A DNA stretch of 64,000 nucleotides from an uncultured Planctomycetota bacterium (GTDB taxonomy: Bacteria; Planctomycetota; Phycisphaerae; UBA1845; JANYLN01): positions 1,520,333 to 1,584,332 of the forward strand of contig CAWBCK010000005.1 of NCBI GenBank assembly GCA_963787325.1, in the 5' to 3' direction. Positions 45,141 through 55,571 of this stretch are shown piece after piece; positions within the stretch are counted from its first letter, which is position 1; each line of letters begins with the position of its first letter. The position numbers and the translations under genes were made by a program. Under the pieces are notes generated by a model. The model did not search any database. It worked only from the letters and a program-made list of their open reading frames with translations, and was not told where the DNA came from.

Positions 45141-46769
45141 ATGCCGACAGATAAGCAAAGAGAAGCCGGACTGATCGACCTCTGCAAAGGATTTCATAAG
45201 TTTCACACGCCGGATAACAAGCCTTACATGGTAGTAAAGGACGATAATTGTTCCAGCGTAATGCCTATTCAGTACCAACGGGGCCGCATTGACACACGTC
45301 TTTCGGCATGGGTTAAGCATAGGTATTATCGTGTCCACAAGCTGCCAGTCACGCTGAAGGATCTTGGCGGGGCGATCGAGATCTGGGCCGCTGAGGCTCT
45401 TTACGACGGGCCCTGTGAACCTGTGTACCTCCGATTCGGCAAGCATGAGAACAGCTGCTGGGTCTTTCTGAACGATTCTGCTGGCCGTGCCGTCAAGATT
45501 GCTCCGGAAAACTGGTCGATCGAAAATGATCTTCCTGTTCGTTTTTGCCCGACCAATGGCATGCTGTCGCTGCCGATCCCAGAACGAGTTGACGTGGCTG
45601 AAGTCCAGCGGCTCCGACGGTTCATCAATCTGGAGGGTGACGAGTACGATGCTGAATGGCTGCTATCGCTCGTCTGGCTGCTTTGGTCGATGCTGCCGGA
45701 AGGCCCTTACCCTTTGCTGATCATCGTTGGAGGTCAGGGACAGGGTAAATCATATATGTCCGGAATCTTTCGCAGGGTGATTGACCCTAACACAGCATTG
45801 CTGAGCAGCCTGCCAAAAAGCATCGACGATCTTCTGGTCGCAGGACTGAATTGCCCGGTTCTTGCATTTGACAACGTAAGCAAAATCACGCCCGGGATGT
45901 CTGATGCATTATGCAGAATAGCAACCGGCGCAGGTCTTCAGAAACGGCAACTCTACACCAACACGGACCTAGTCAGCATCAACCTGAGACGGCCTATCAT
46001 CGCCAATGGCATCACGGAGTTTGTTGAGCGGCCGGACCTAATTGACCGATCGATATTCGTGAACATGCCACCTATCAAGCCAGAGCAGCGAAAACTCGAA
46101 ACCGTCCTGGAACACGATTTTGCTCAGGACCATCCGAAAATACTGGGTGGGCTATTGACCCTGCTTTCTGCCGCACTGAAAACGCTGCGGGATGTTAAGG
46201 ATGTTAAACTGGCGAGGATGGCCGACTTCCATCGCTTCGGTATTGCGGTTGAGCGGGCAATGAACTTTGAAAAAGGCACTTTTACGACAGCATACGAGGC
46301 TAATCGCCGGGTCGGTGCTTTGATCGCCCTGGATGCTGACCCAATAGCCCCAGCCCTGCATAAGTTCCTGCGGACCAAACCATCTGAACAATTCACTGTT
46401 ACCGATATCATGAACATCTTACGGCGCACTGAATACGCAAGCGAAACACATAGCACATATCTGCCCAGAAATGCAGCCGATATGGCCGCTCACCTCAGGC
46501 GCCTAGAGCCAGTCTTCACTGAGTTTTTTGGCTTCTGCTTGACCCGTGCTGGCGCCGTGCGCAGCCATACGCGGAAGTGGGTCTATACGGAGGCGTCGGA
46601 GACCGCAGAAAGTCGCCCAGAAGAATCCGACACGACAGGTCCCGCTACGGGAATGACCGAGGAACTGGAACCAACCACCTTGGACGTGCCACCGAAAACA
46701 ATGGAAGAAGACATGATGCAGCAGACGGTAATAGATGTCGAACCCTTACAACCCTCTACAACCGGATGA
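45141..46769 (+). CDS. Mobile-element P-loop ATPase (primase-associated helicase-like)
   Basis: IIVGGQGQGKS, LAFDNVS, DALCRIATG, RQLYTN, IIANGI...RPDLIDRS. Confidence 0.75.
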   Translation: MPTDKQREAGLIDLCKGFHKFHTPDNKPYMVVKDDNCSSVMPIQYQRGRIDTRLSAWVKHRYYRVHKLPVTLKDLGGAIEIWAAEALYDGPCEPVYLRFGKHENSCWVFLNDSAGRAVKIAPENWSIENDLPVRFCPTNGMLSLPIPERVDVAEVQRLRRFINLEGDEYDAEWLLSLVWLLWSMLPEGPYPLLIIVGGQGQGKSYMSGIFRRVIDPNTALLSSLPKSIDDLLVAGLNCPVLAFDNVSKITPGMSDALCRIATGAGLQKRQLYTNTDLVSINLRRPIIANGITEFVERPDLIDRSIFVNMPPIKPEQRKLETVLEHDFAQDHPKILGGLLTLLSAALKTLRDVKDVKLARMADFHRFGIAVERAMNFEKGTFTTAYEANRRVGALIALDADPIAPALHKFLRTKPSEQFTVTDIMNILRRTEYASETHSTYLPRNAADMAAHLRRLEPVFTEFFGFCLTRAGAVRSHTRKWVYTEASETAESRPEESDTTGPATGMTEELEPTTLDVPPKTMEEDMMQQTVIDVEPLQPSTTG

Positions 46770-46907
46770 AGCAAAAACCCCGGTTTTTGGCCTGAAAACA
46801 AAGGTAATGGTTGTAGATTCGAGGTAAGTTTTAGAGACCATGAAATGCAAGCAAATGGCCGTTTGGATACGTTTGGTTGGGGTTTAGAGGAGTTCGTTTG
46901 CCTTGAA

Positions 46908-46945
46908 TTAGCAATCCGGCGTTTCAGCCGCTCAGCCACCTCTCC
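46908..46945 (-). tRNA. 5' half of tRNA-Ser(GCT), cut after the anticodon loop; probable att site
   Basis: GGAGAGG-TG-GCTGAGCGGCTGAAACG-CCGGA-TTGCTAA followed by TTCAAGG instead of the pairing TCCGG. No T arm or acceptor 3' strand. Confidence 0.8.
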
Positions 46946-46981
46946 AGCCGCCTTGTGCCCTCCGGCACGGGCGAATATGCT

Positions 46982-47011
46982 ATTCTTAAACGCTAATGCC
47001 CCCGGAATCAA
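46982..47011 (-). promoter_or_regulatory. Sigma70-like promoter of the tRNA-Ser fragment
   Basis: TTGATT-N17-TAAGAAT on the minus strand, 36 nt upstream of the tRNA 5' end. Confidence 0.5.
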
Positions 47012-47139
47012 GTCCCGGCGAGACGCAACATCCCTGCCAGGCTCGATTTCCGCCGCCATCGCGGCTCTTCCCAACCATTGGCCAGATCCTGTGTTACAAC
47101 ATGCTGCCCGGACAGTCCCGGCCGCCGCTGCTGCCTCGG

Positions 47140-48361
47140 TCACGCCAGGCTGCTGACCACGTCGCGGACGCTTCGCCCGCTCGGCAGCCCCACCGGACAG
47201 ATGCCTGTGCACACGGTGCAGCCATCGCAAGCCGACAGCGAGGCCGTACGAACGCCCAAGCCGGCCAGCTCGTCGCTCGCATGGCGCGTCATGTGATAGT
47301 GGTCCCGGTACATCCTTATCCGCATGAGGTCGGCGACCGGTAGACCCGCCGGGCACGCGCCGGTGCACTCGCCGCACATCATGCACGGCCAGCCGTCCGC
47401 CTGCCAGTGCTTCCGCCACAGGGCGGCGTCAGCAGCCGTCGGCCCGAGCTTGTCCAGTCCGGCCTTCATCGCTGTCTCGATCGTCGCGACGGACGCGAAA
47501 CTGGTGATCACCGAGTCAACACCGGCAGCCGACAGCATCCGCATGTGTGCGCCATAGGCCGCCGGACCGCGTGTCACGACCTTGCTGGCACCCGATTTCA
47601 TCGAGATGATGCCCACGCCTGCCGCCGCGAGCCTCTTAAGCGCTTCAGCGTACTTTTTGCTCTGTTCCGCCGTCGCCTTGCCGCCCTCATCGGAAGGCCG
47701 CAGCGGCGCCGTACTGATCAGGCAGCAGTCGTAGCCTTTTGGTGCCTTCGCCAGTACCAGCTCGATGACCTCGGTCATGTTCTGGTGCGAGGTAAAGCCG
47801 CCGAAGCGAATCTTGCCTTTTTTCTTGAGCTTGTCGAGGGCGGCGACCGCGTCTTCCATCATTGCCTGATCGGGCTTCTGCAACTGCGGCAGGTACACAT
47901 CGGCATAGTCGGTATTGAGATTCTTGAGATCGGCGTCGAGCCGCTCTTCGCTGACCTGCGGATTCTCCTTCACGCAAAGCACGATCTTCTCACGAACACC
48001 CTTGTTCTGCTGGAGAAACCGGCCGATCGATGCGATGGACTTGCCCCGGGTATAGCCGCGGGCGGTGTGGATCAGGTTGACCCCGCCTTCGACGGCCATG
48101 GTCAGCAGCCGCGCCCGACGATCGGATCCTGCAGCCGGATCGCGCCAAAGCCGACGAGCGTCACTGCGACCCCGGTCTTGCCGAACGGCTTCCTGGCCAG
48201 CCCCGCCTTCTGACTGGCCGGCGCCGGAGAGGCCGCGGGCTCTGCAGCTTGCCTTCGCCGAAGGCGGTCATCCGTGTGACGGCCAGGGCGGCAGCGGCTG
48301 TGCCGGCCGCAGCCAGGAGGTCGCGTCGTGTGAGTTTCGAATCTGACGAGTCCTGCATCAC
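47140..48361 (-). CDS. Aldo/keto reductase with Tat-like leader and C-terminal 4Fe-4S motifs (frameshifted)
   Basis: LTRRDLL; FGKTGVAVTLVGFG; IHTARGY; GKIRFGGFTSH; CMMCGECTGACP and CDGCTVCTGICP. Confidence 0.85.
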
Positions 48362-48863
48362 TCATCTCCCTCGCAAATCGAAAATGGATTTTCGGGACAA
48401 CATTCGCCGGCGTGCGACATCCGGTTGCATGCCGGCTTCACTGCCATTGCCGATACCGCTTGTGCCTTGGGGCGATCTCCCAAATTGTCCTGTTCTGCGA
48501 GGGCCATTCTACCGCCCGGTCGTACCTGCCGCGAGACTGTATAAACTTTGATTTTGCCGGGATGCGCGCTTAACTGGGACAGGCAAGCGCTCTGGCGACC
48601 ATGGCCTTCACAGGCGGCCGTGCTTCCGTGACGGCACCTGTGCGTCGCCGGTCAACTATGCGATATGGGATGGCCGATAACGGTTGGTATCCGGCCTGCC
48701 GCCGTGGCCTTCCATGGCCAGGCGAGGTGGGGCCGGTCACCGCGAAATCCGCCTGTCTGTGGCGGGGGCCGGGCAAGTGGTGTAGCATGGGAAGTTGGGG
48801 GAGCGAGGCGCAGGGGTGTACCTGACAGGAACGGTCGGCTGACTGCGGGTGTCGGCGGAAAAC

Positions 48864-49933
48864 ATGATCCAGCTACCATCTGAGCTGATGCAGGGCACGG
48901 CGATCTGGCAGTTTATCTTGCGCAACTGGGCCCTGCTGAGCATCCTGACAACGATCGGGGCACTGGTGATGGTGCCCGTGATGATCCTGCGCAAGTACGT
49001 GCTCCTGACGTTCAATATCATTCGCGATACCCCCCCGCCGCTTTCCCGGGGCCCCCGCGATTTCGAACCGATCCAGGGCGAGATCCTTCATTTCCGGGCG
49101 ATGGACGGCCTGAGCCTGCAGGGGATGTTCCTTTACGGGCGCAATGTCCGCCGCAAAGGGACGATCCTGTTCCTGCACGAATACGCCAGCGATATGTACT
49201 CCTGTGCCCGCTATTGCCGGCCGCTCATCGACGCGGGTTACGATGTCTTCACGTTCGACTTCCGAGAGCACGGCCGCAGCAGCGGCGACGGCAGTTACAC
49301 GCCGCGGCAGTGGGCGACGAACCATGAGACGGCGGACGTGCTCGGGGCGATCGCCTTCGTCGAGGACTGGCTGGAGGAGCATCGCCTGCCGACAGAGATC
49401 GGCCTGTTCGGAATCTCGCGGGGGGCATGCGTGGCGGTGCTGGCGGCGGCGGAGTACCCGCGCGTGGCATGCATCGTGGCGGACGGGCTGTTCAGCACGG
49501 ACCGGATCCTCGAATACCTGATGAAACGCTGGGCCTCGATCTTTGCCAAGGTAAAGTTCGTCTACGAGAATCATCCGCCGGCCTTCTGGCGGTTTCTGCG
49601 ATATCTGTTGTTGCGATACTCCAGCCGGAAGCTCAATTGCCTGTTCCCTTCCGTACACAAGGGCATGCGGCGGATGGATGCCCGGCCGATCCTGATGATC
49701 CACGGCCAGCGCGACGAGCTACCTGCCGCTCGAGCAGGCGCAGTCTGCTGTACGATGCAGCCAAACAGCCGAAGGAACTATGGGTGGTGGCCGGCGCGAA
49801 GCATAACCAGGCCGTGACAGTCCTGCCGGACGAATACGCCCGGCGGACCCTGGAATTCTTCGACCGGCATCTGGCAGGGCTGGCGGGAAGGATCGAGGGG
49901 ACGGGGCACAGGGTACAGAGCACAGCCGGCTAA
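48864..49933 (+). CDS. Alpha/beta hydrolase with N-terminal TM helix (frameshift near 49720)
   Basis: FDFREHGRS, GISRGA nucleophile elbow, IHGQRD, GAKHN. Confidence 0.85.
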
Positions 49934-49998
49934 GCAAGCGGATCGTACACTTCTGAGGCGACGACTGCGGCATTCCCCGGGATTCAAAACGAGTTGGT

Positions 49999-50721
49999 CT
50001 AACGCCTGGCATACATCGGGACGTCGAGGCGGTGGTAAAGATCGGCCAGCGAGAAGTATCGGCCGGGGCAGCGGGTCCTTCCCGTGATACCGCCGTGGGT
50101 GTAGATCTGGTCGGGGCCAAAGCCGCTTTGGGCCTCCAGGAACATGACCAGGTGGGCAAGCGTCCGCAACTGACGTTCGGTGGGTGGGTGCTCGTCGAGA
50201 TTGCCGATCAGACAGATGCCAATGCCGTGTTCGTTGTAGTAATTGCCGGGTACCTTGCAGTGCGCACCGTGCTTCTGCTTGGTCCAGCGCGAGCCGACAA
50301 ATACCTGCCCGTCCGGATAGCCGATTCCATTGCCGATTACGAAGTGATAGCCCAACTCATCCCATCCTCGCTGGCGATGGGCACGGTCCATCGATTCGGG
50401 TGTGGCGCGGTCGCTGGCCGAGTGATGGATGACCAGGCAGGTCCATCGGCTGCTGATGCCGATGGCGGGGACCCAGCCGGCCTCGCCCAAGGATGCTGTG
50501 CGAACCGGCGTGATTGGCTGAAACGGCTGGACAAGCGGCGAGACGATCGGCGTTCGATGTTGCCAGGCCGCATAGCGACAATTGATGGTGTTCGTCGGGG
50601 AGAACCTGTCTCTCCTGACAGCCGGGTCGGGCAGCGAGTTCAGGACGGTCTGGGGTTGTTGACACCCTGCCGTCACAAACAGGACGAGCCCTGCGCTGGC
50701 GACCAGGATTCTTGAAAACAT
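49999..50721 (-). CDS. N-acetylmuramoyl-L-alanine amidase (Amidase_2), lipoprotein
   Basis: VTAGC lipobox; VIHHSA, GYHFVIGNG, GAHC, GIGICLIGN, TRCPG. Confidence 0.9.
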   Translation of the reverse strand: MFSRILVASAGLVLFVTAGCQQPQTVLNSLPDPAVRRDRFSPTNTINCRYAAWQHRTPIVSPLVQPFQPITPVRTASLGEAGWVPAIGISSRWTCLVIHHSASDRATPESMDRAHRQRGWDELGYHFVIGNGIGYPDGQVFVGSRWTKQKHGAHCKVPGNYYNEHGIGICLIGNLDEHPPTERQLRTLAHLVMFLEAQSGFGPDQIYTHGGITGRTRCPGRYFSLADLYHRLDVPMYARR

Positions 50722-50909
50722 GCCTCCACCTCTCTCGCGGCCGTGCAAACAGATCATTATAGCCCGTGCCGGCGGAAATTCCGTCACCGTCATGATGAGA
50801 ATCGTCGGCATTATACAGGTCAAAAAAGAAGGTCGCTCGCCTGGCTGGGCGGAGCGACCTTATCACATCTGTATCGGTATTACGCGCCGAAGCGTGTCTT
50901 GTTCGAGGT

Positions 50910-51973
50910 TCAGTTCCTCAGGGCCGCCGTCTCGGCGTTGGATGCCTGGTCGACGGAGATACCGCCGCCGGCGGACATCGCGGCCGACGAATGCGCTTCG
51001 CCGTTGGCCCGCGGATGGGCTGATTCATAGGCGTCACGCAGGCGGTCGGTCGTCAGATGCGTGTAGATCTGAGTAGTTGACAGCGACTGATGGCCGAGCA
51101 ATTCCTGGACGCTGCGCAGGTCCGCTCCGTTGTTGAGCATGTGCGTGGCAAAGGTGTGGCGGAGGGTGTGCGGGCTGACGTCCGGGTCCAGGCCGGCTTC
51201 GATCAGATACTTGTCGAGCTTGCGGCGGACGCTACGGGTGCTCAGACGCTTGCCGTGCTTGTTGACGAACAGCGCCCTCGGATCGAACGAGCCGCTCTTG
51301 GGATTGGCCTGGCGCAGACGCAGGTAGTGCTGGATGGCCTCAACGACCCCGGGGCCGATCGGCGAGATCCGCTCTTTCTTGCCCTTGCCGCGGACATGAA
51401 TGATGCCGCCGGCCAGGTCGACGTCCTCAAGATTCAGATCGACCAGCTCGCTGACGCGCACGCCGGTCGAATAGAGTGTCTGGAGCATCGCACAGTCCCG
51501 CATCCCCAGCAGCGTGCCGTCGTTGGGAGCAGCCAGGAGCTTGCGGATGTCATCGACGGTCAGGCACTTGGGAAGCCGCTTTTCCTGCTTCGGCGTGCGG
51601 ATCGGGGCGACCGGGTTGGCCTCCACGTGCCCGCGCCGCATCAGGAACTTGTAGAACGACCGAAGCGTCGCCAGTTTGCGGGCCATCGTTGCCCGGCTGT
51701 ACTGCCGCTCGGACAGGCACGCCAGGTACCGGCGGATCTCAAAGGTATCCATCTTGACCAGCGCTTCATTCAGGTCCCTGCCGGGCTCCTGGCCGTCCGA
51801 AACCTGGCCGTTGCCTTCGGCGGCCTGGGCACCGTCCTGCGACTCGCCTCCACGGAGGAACTCGCAGAACTGCTGGAGGTCCTGCGCCGTAACACTTGGC
51901 TGTATGATCACTGAAGTGCCGTTCAAACTGCAGATAGACTCAGAAACTGCTCGATCAGTTCAGGGTTTTTCAT
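50910..51973 (-). CDS. xerC: Tyrosine recombinase XerC (N-terminal frameshifts)
   Basis: ERHFSDHTAKCY, ARKLATLRSFYKF, LYSTGVRVSEL, RGKGKKER, SPHTLRHTFATH, VQELLGH, TTQIY. Confidence 0.85.
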
Positions 51974-52084
51974 GACAATTACTCAGTCCAGCGGCGAATC
52001 CGTTATCTTGTTGGTCATGCATCCTGCCCGTTGCGGCCGGCACACCTCGTGTGTGCCGTTTGCGGCGATTCCGCGCGGTGTTAT

Positions 52085-52316
52085 CTAGTCGGCGCGGCGC
52101 AGCTGCTCGACCTCGGTCTCGATCCGGCGGCCCATCTGATAAGCTCAGAACAGCCGCGTCAAACCAGTCGAAGTCACTGGCCGGGTCACTGGCCATCGTT
52201 GCCAGGGCGTCGACCAGTTCCTCTTCACAGCCAGTCCGGTAGCGAAACAGGTAGCGGTGCTTGCCCTTGATCAGCGACAGTTGCCGGGTCACGTCCATAA
52301 GGCTCTCCGTTTCCAC
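52085..52316 (-). CDS. Small hypothetical protein (frameshift near 52140)
   Basis: RQLSLIKG...YLFRY...FDWFDAAVLS, continuing YQMGRR in another frame. In an operon with xerC. Confidence 0.55.
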
Positions 52317-52335
52317 TGCGGTTTGCAGTGCAACT

Positions 52336-53043
52336 TTATCCTCGCCCGTCCCCGTCCCATGCCGCAGCGCCGGTCATCTCCAGAACCGTGCGCCAACTGC
52401 AATATCGCAAGAACTGCTTCTGGCTACGCAGGTATTCCGTCCAGTCGCGTTTGCCGGGCGGATCCCGCAGGGCGGCGTACTGGCGGATCTTTTCCTGCTC
52501 GGCCTTGCTCGCCGCCTCGAATATCCTCTGTACCTGCCGCGTCGGGCCCGCCAGGGTCGGCCGGCTGGTTACCGGCACAGGCGATCGCTCGACATCCTCG
52601 CCCGCCAGGTTGCTTGCCTGCTTTCGCGGGCCCACCAGGTACATCTCGGCGATCAGCCCGAGCCGCGGCGGGTCGTACGGGTCGTATTCGCTCACCGCCA
52701 CCACGACCAGGCCATCGGCATCCAGCAGCCTGGCCAGTTGCCTGGCCTGCTGCGGCGAACTCACCGTCCGCCATCCCTGGCCGTACATGACGGCCAGCGT
52801 CTGGTTCACCGGCACGACCGAAACCTGCGGCAGCCGGGTCAACTCGCTTGCGAAGATGTCGGTGAAGGCAAGGGCGTTCAGCCGGCCGGTCCCGGTCAGG
52901 TCATGAACCGGGGCTACCGCCAAGGTAACTGGCCTGCCCATCAGCCCGAAGGCGGTCGGCATCAGGTCATCCCTGGGCCGCTCGCACCCGCAGGCCGCTA
53001 CACAAAGCCCTGCCAGAAAAATCCACCGTATACCGCGGATCAT
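52336..53043 (-). CDS. Lipoprotein, hypothetical
   Basis: Lipobox-like AACGC; LAVAPV...VSEYDPYDPPRLG. Confidence 0.7.
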   Translation of the reverse strand: MIRGIRWIFLAGLCVAACGCERPRDDLMPTAFGLMGRPVTLAVAPVHDLTGTGRLNALAFTDIFASELTRLPQVSVVPVNQTLAVMYGQGWRTVSSPQQARQLARLLDADGLVVVAVSEYDPYDPPRLGLIAEMYLVGPRKQASNLAGEDVERSPVPVTSRPTLAGPTRQVQRIFEAASKAEQEKIRQYAALRDPPGKRDWTEYLRSQKQFLRYCSWRTVLEMTGAAAWDGDGRG

Positions 53044-53208
53044 CCCTGATCCCTGTTTGGTTTGGCCGCCTCCGGCGACCTGAATTCTCCGAATCTTGCG
53101 TTCTGCTGTATGACTTATCGGCCTGAAGAGGGCTTGGGATGAGTTCCTTTTATCGCCTGATGTACGCCCTTTGATACTTTGTCACTTTGTTACTTTGTCA
53201 TGGCCGGC

Positions 53209-54496
53209 TTATTCCCTGCTGGCCAGGTCGGGTTCGGCTGGCGTGGCTGCCCGGAAACTCCAGATCCGCTCGCGACCGTCCCGGTCGGCCGAGAAATACA
53301 GGCGTCCCTTGTTCGACCAGCACGGGCTGAAGCTTGCCCCGCCATCCGTCAGTTGTTGTCGTTCGGCACCATCGATGCCGACGACGAAGAGGTCCGCCAG
53401 CCCCGGTTTGACGCTGTCGCCGCCCACGCCACTGGCGAGTTTCACAGCCGGCACGCGACAGTAGGCAATCTTCCTGCCGTCAGGGGACCAGACCGGGCAG
53501 ATCAGTGCGGCATCCGGTTCGGCGGCCACCTCCGTCGGCCAGCCCGGTTCGCCGTTGGTCAGCTGAACCGTCCAGATGGAGAAGAGCCGGCCGTCACGCT
53601 GGCGCGGCCGCTGGAATGCGATACGGGAGCCGTCCGGCGAGAACCGCGGCATCAGGCCCTGGCCGATGAATCGCTCGGTGCCGTCTTCCAGTGAGGCGGT
53701 CCACAGTTCCCAGTCGCCCGAGGTCGAAGACAGGCGGCAGTAAGCCAGCCATTTGCCATCGGGGGACCAGGCCGGGGCGATTTCATGATCATTATTATGA
53801 GTTACCTGGGTGGTGGCCCGCTGCTGGAGATCAAGAATGTAGATATCCCACTGGCCGGCGCGATCCGAGGCGAAGGCGATCTTCTTGCCGTCCGGCGAAA
53901 ATCGCGGCTGGATCTCGCTGGCCGGATCGTCCGTCAACTGGGCGACAGCGCGTCCCTTGATGGCCTGCATGTAGAGGTTGGGCCGGGCGCGTGTGCCGGG
54001 TCGAGGCAAAGACGACGTTTTTGCCGGCAGAGTCGACATCCGGGTCGAAATCGCGGCCGACCTCGGTAAAGGTCTGTTGCTGGAGAGCGATGCTGAGGTG
54101 GCGGGCCATGGTCAGGTGCTGGGCGGTGGCCGGCTCGGCATGGCTCGTCTGTGCTAACTGGGCATGGTTGGCCTGGGCCGGTTCGGTGCGGTGTGCCCTG
54201 GTCGGTTCTGTGTGCGACCGGCTGCCTGTCCCGCGTGACGTTCGGCGGGCTGATGCGGCTGGGCGCCGGCGAGCTGCTCGGACGGATCGGCGCCGAAGAG
54301 GATCAGGTCGGGGTCGGTGATTGGCGGCCGGGCATTTTCAGGCGCGGCCGCCGCGCTTGGCCGCCTGTGCATGCGTGTTATCGGACGCGGCCGGGGACTG
54401 GCCTGGCCATCGAAACGTGCTGCATCCGGCCAGCAGGGCAGGGCCAAGAACGCACAATACCGACACGTATGCTCGTACCGTCGAACGGGTTGCCAT
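53209..54496 (-). CDS. TolB-like PD40 beta-propeller lipoprotein (frameshifted)
   Basis: MATRSTV...ALLAGC leader; repeated P.(F/W)SPDG motifs. Confidence 0.8.
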
Positions 54497-54828
54497 ATAG
54501 CCCTCGCATGTGCAGTTGCGCAGCGGGGCTTATCCTGTCGCCGACCGCCCGTCCTGGGCACCGCCTTCGCCTTTGATATCGGGTCAGCTTGCCTTATCTG
54601 AATAGTTAATCTTGGGTAGGGGATCGGCGGGACCAGGGAGGTCTGCCTGAACAAACCTGCTTGCTGGCACGTCCGATAAACGTTCGTTCATTGTTCCAGT
54701 GCTGGTAGACCTTAATGGATAGATCTGTCGGTGCGCTTGGGACTTAACAGCCGTGGAAAGGATGAAGACCTGATGGTGCTACCTGGCGGCTTTGGCGGGC
54801 TGCGCGAGGGTTGTTGGCTGCGTGGTGG

Positions 54829-55296
54829 TCATTCTGGCGATCTGGGTCTGCAGCCAGATGATCGAGCCTGTTCCGGCCTGGGGACGCCGTTAAGGCGGCT
54901 TATCTCCGTGCCCTGCGGGGTAAGGAGGACGAGCGTTGGGGTCGAATTAACGTGGTATTTCCTTGTCAGGTCGGGGAACCAGCCTTGCTCCAGGGGGACG
55001 ACGATGACGTGGCGACTTTCGGCGATGACCTGCGGGTCATTCCAGACTTCCGAGTCCATCCGGCTGCGGTCGATGCTGAGCCAGTCCCAGAAATAGAGGA
55101 GAACGGGGCGGCCGTCCTGCTTGCTGATGCGCTGGGCCTGGTTGTAATCGAAGTCCCAGCGTACGCCCGCACAACCCGTCATGCCAGTGACCAGTACGGC
55201 CAGCAGTGCGACCGCGAGGGATTTCGGCACGAATCGACCGGCAAACCAATCACTCACTCTATGCACAGCTTGCGTTCTCCTGCCTGCTGCCATCAT
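54829..55296 (-). CDS. Thioredoxin-fold lipoprotein without CxxC; ends uncertain
   Basis: MTGC lipobox; RPVLLYFWDW, YHVNSTPTLVLLTPQG. Confidence 0.6.
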   Translation of the reverse strand: MMAAGRRTQAVHRVSDWFAGRFVPKSLAVALLAVLVTGMTGCAGVRWDFDYNQAQRISKQDGRPVLLYFWDWLSIDRSRMDSEVWNDPQVIAESRHVIVVPLEQGWFPDLTRKYHVNSTPTLVLLTPQGTEISRLNGVPRPEQARSSGCRPRSPE

Positions 55297-55481
55297 GCAT
55301 CATAACGGGCCAACATGGTAGCGGGCCGAGAGGGATACCGCCAGTGCGGGACGCTTGCTGATACGGACAGTCAATAGGGTGTATGAGAGCCGCTTGAGTG
55401 GCTCTGCGTGTGTCCTGCGGGGGATTGCAGCGTGCAACTGCAGTCTGGGGTCCAATGGCTTCGACGGGCGTGTGTCGCGCC

Positions 55482-55531
55482 GAGATCCTTCGTGTCGCTC
55501 AGGACGACTGGTCGGCTGCTCAGGATGACAG
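55482..55531. repeat. REP-like intergenic element
   Basis: GAGATCCTTCG...GCTCAGGACGAC...GCTCAGGATGACA. Confidence 0.4.
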
Positions 55532-55571
55532 TCGGGGGCCTGCGATAGCGGCCCGGCGTTTTCCGGCAGCG

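Larger units (their letters stand above)
1..46907. mobile_element. Right part of an integrative genomic island, possibly composite; left end and integrase lie outside the window
   Basis: Ends at a tRNA-Ser half-gene (46908-46945). Visibly lower GC than the genes beyond 47 kb. Cargo includes prim-pol, defence genes, an IS and DUF2958/DUF6573. Confidence 0.75.

Noticed and set aside
50910-51973. Tyrosine recombinase as the island integrase
   Set aside because: It has canonical XerC motifs, lies 4 kb outside the att site in a high-GC core operon, and is separated from the island by housekeeping genes.
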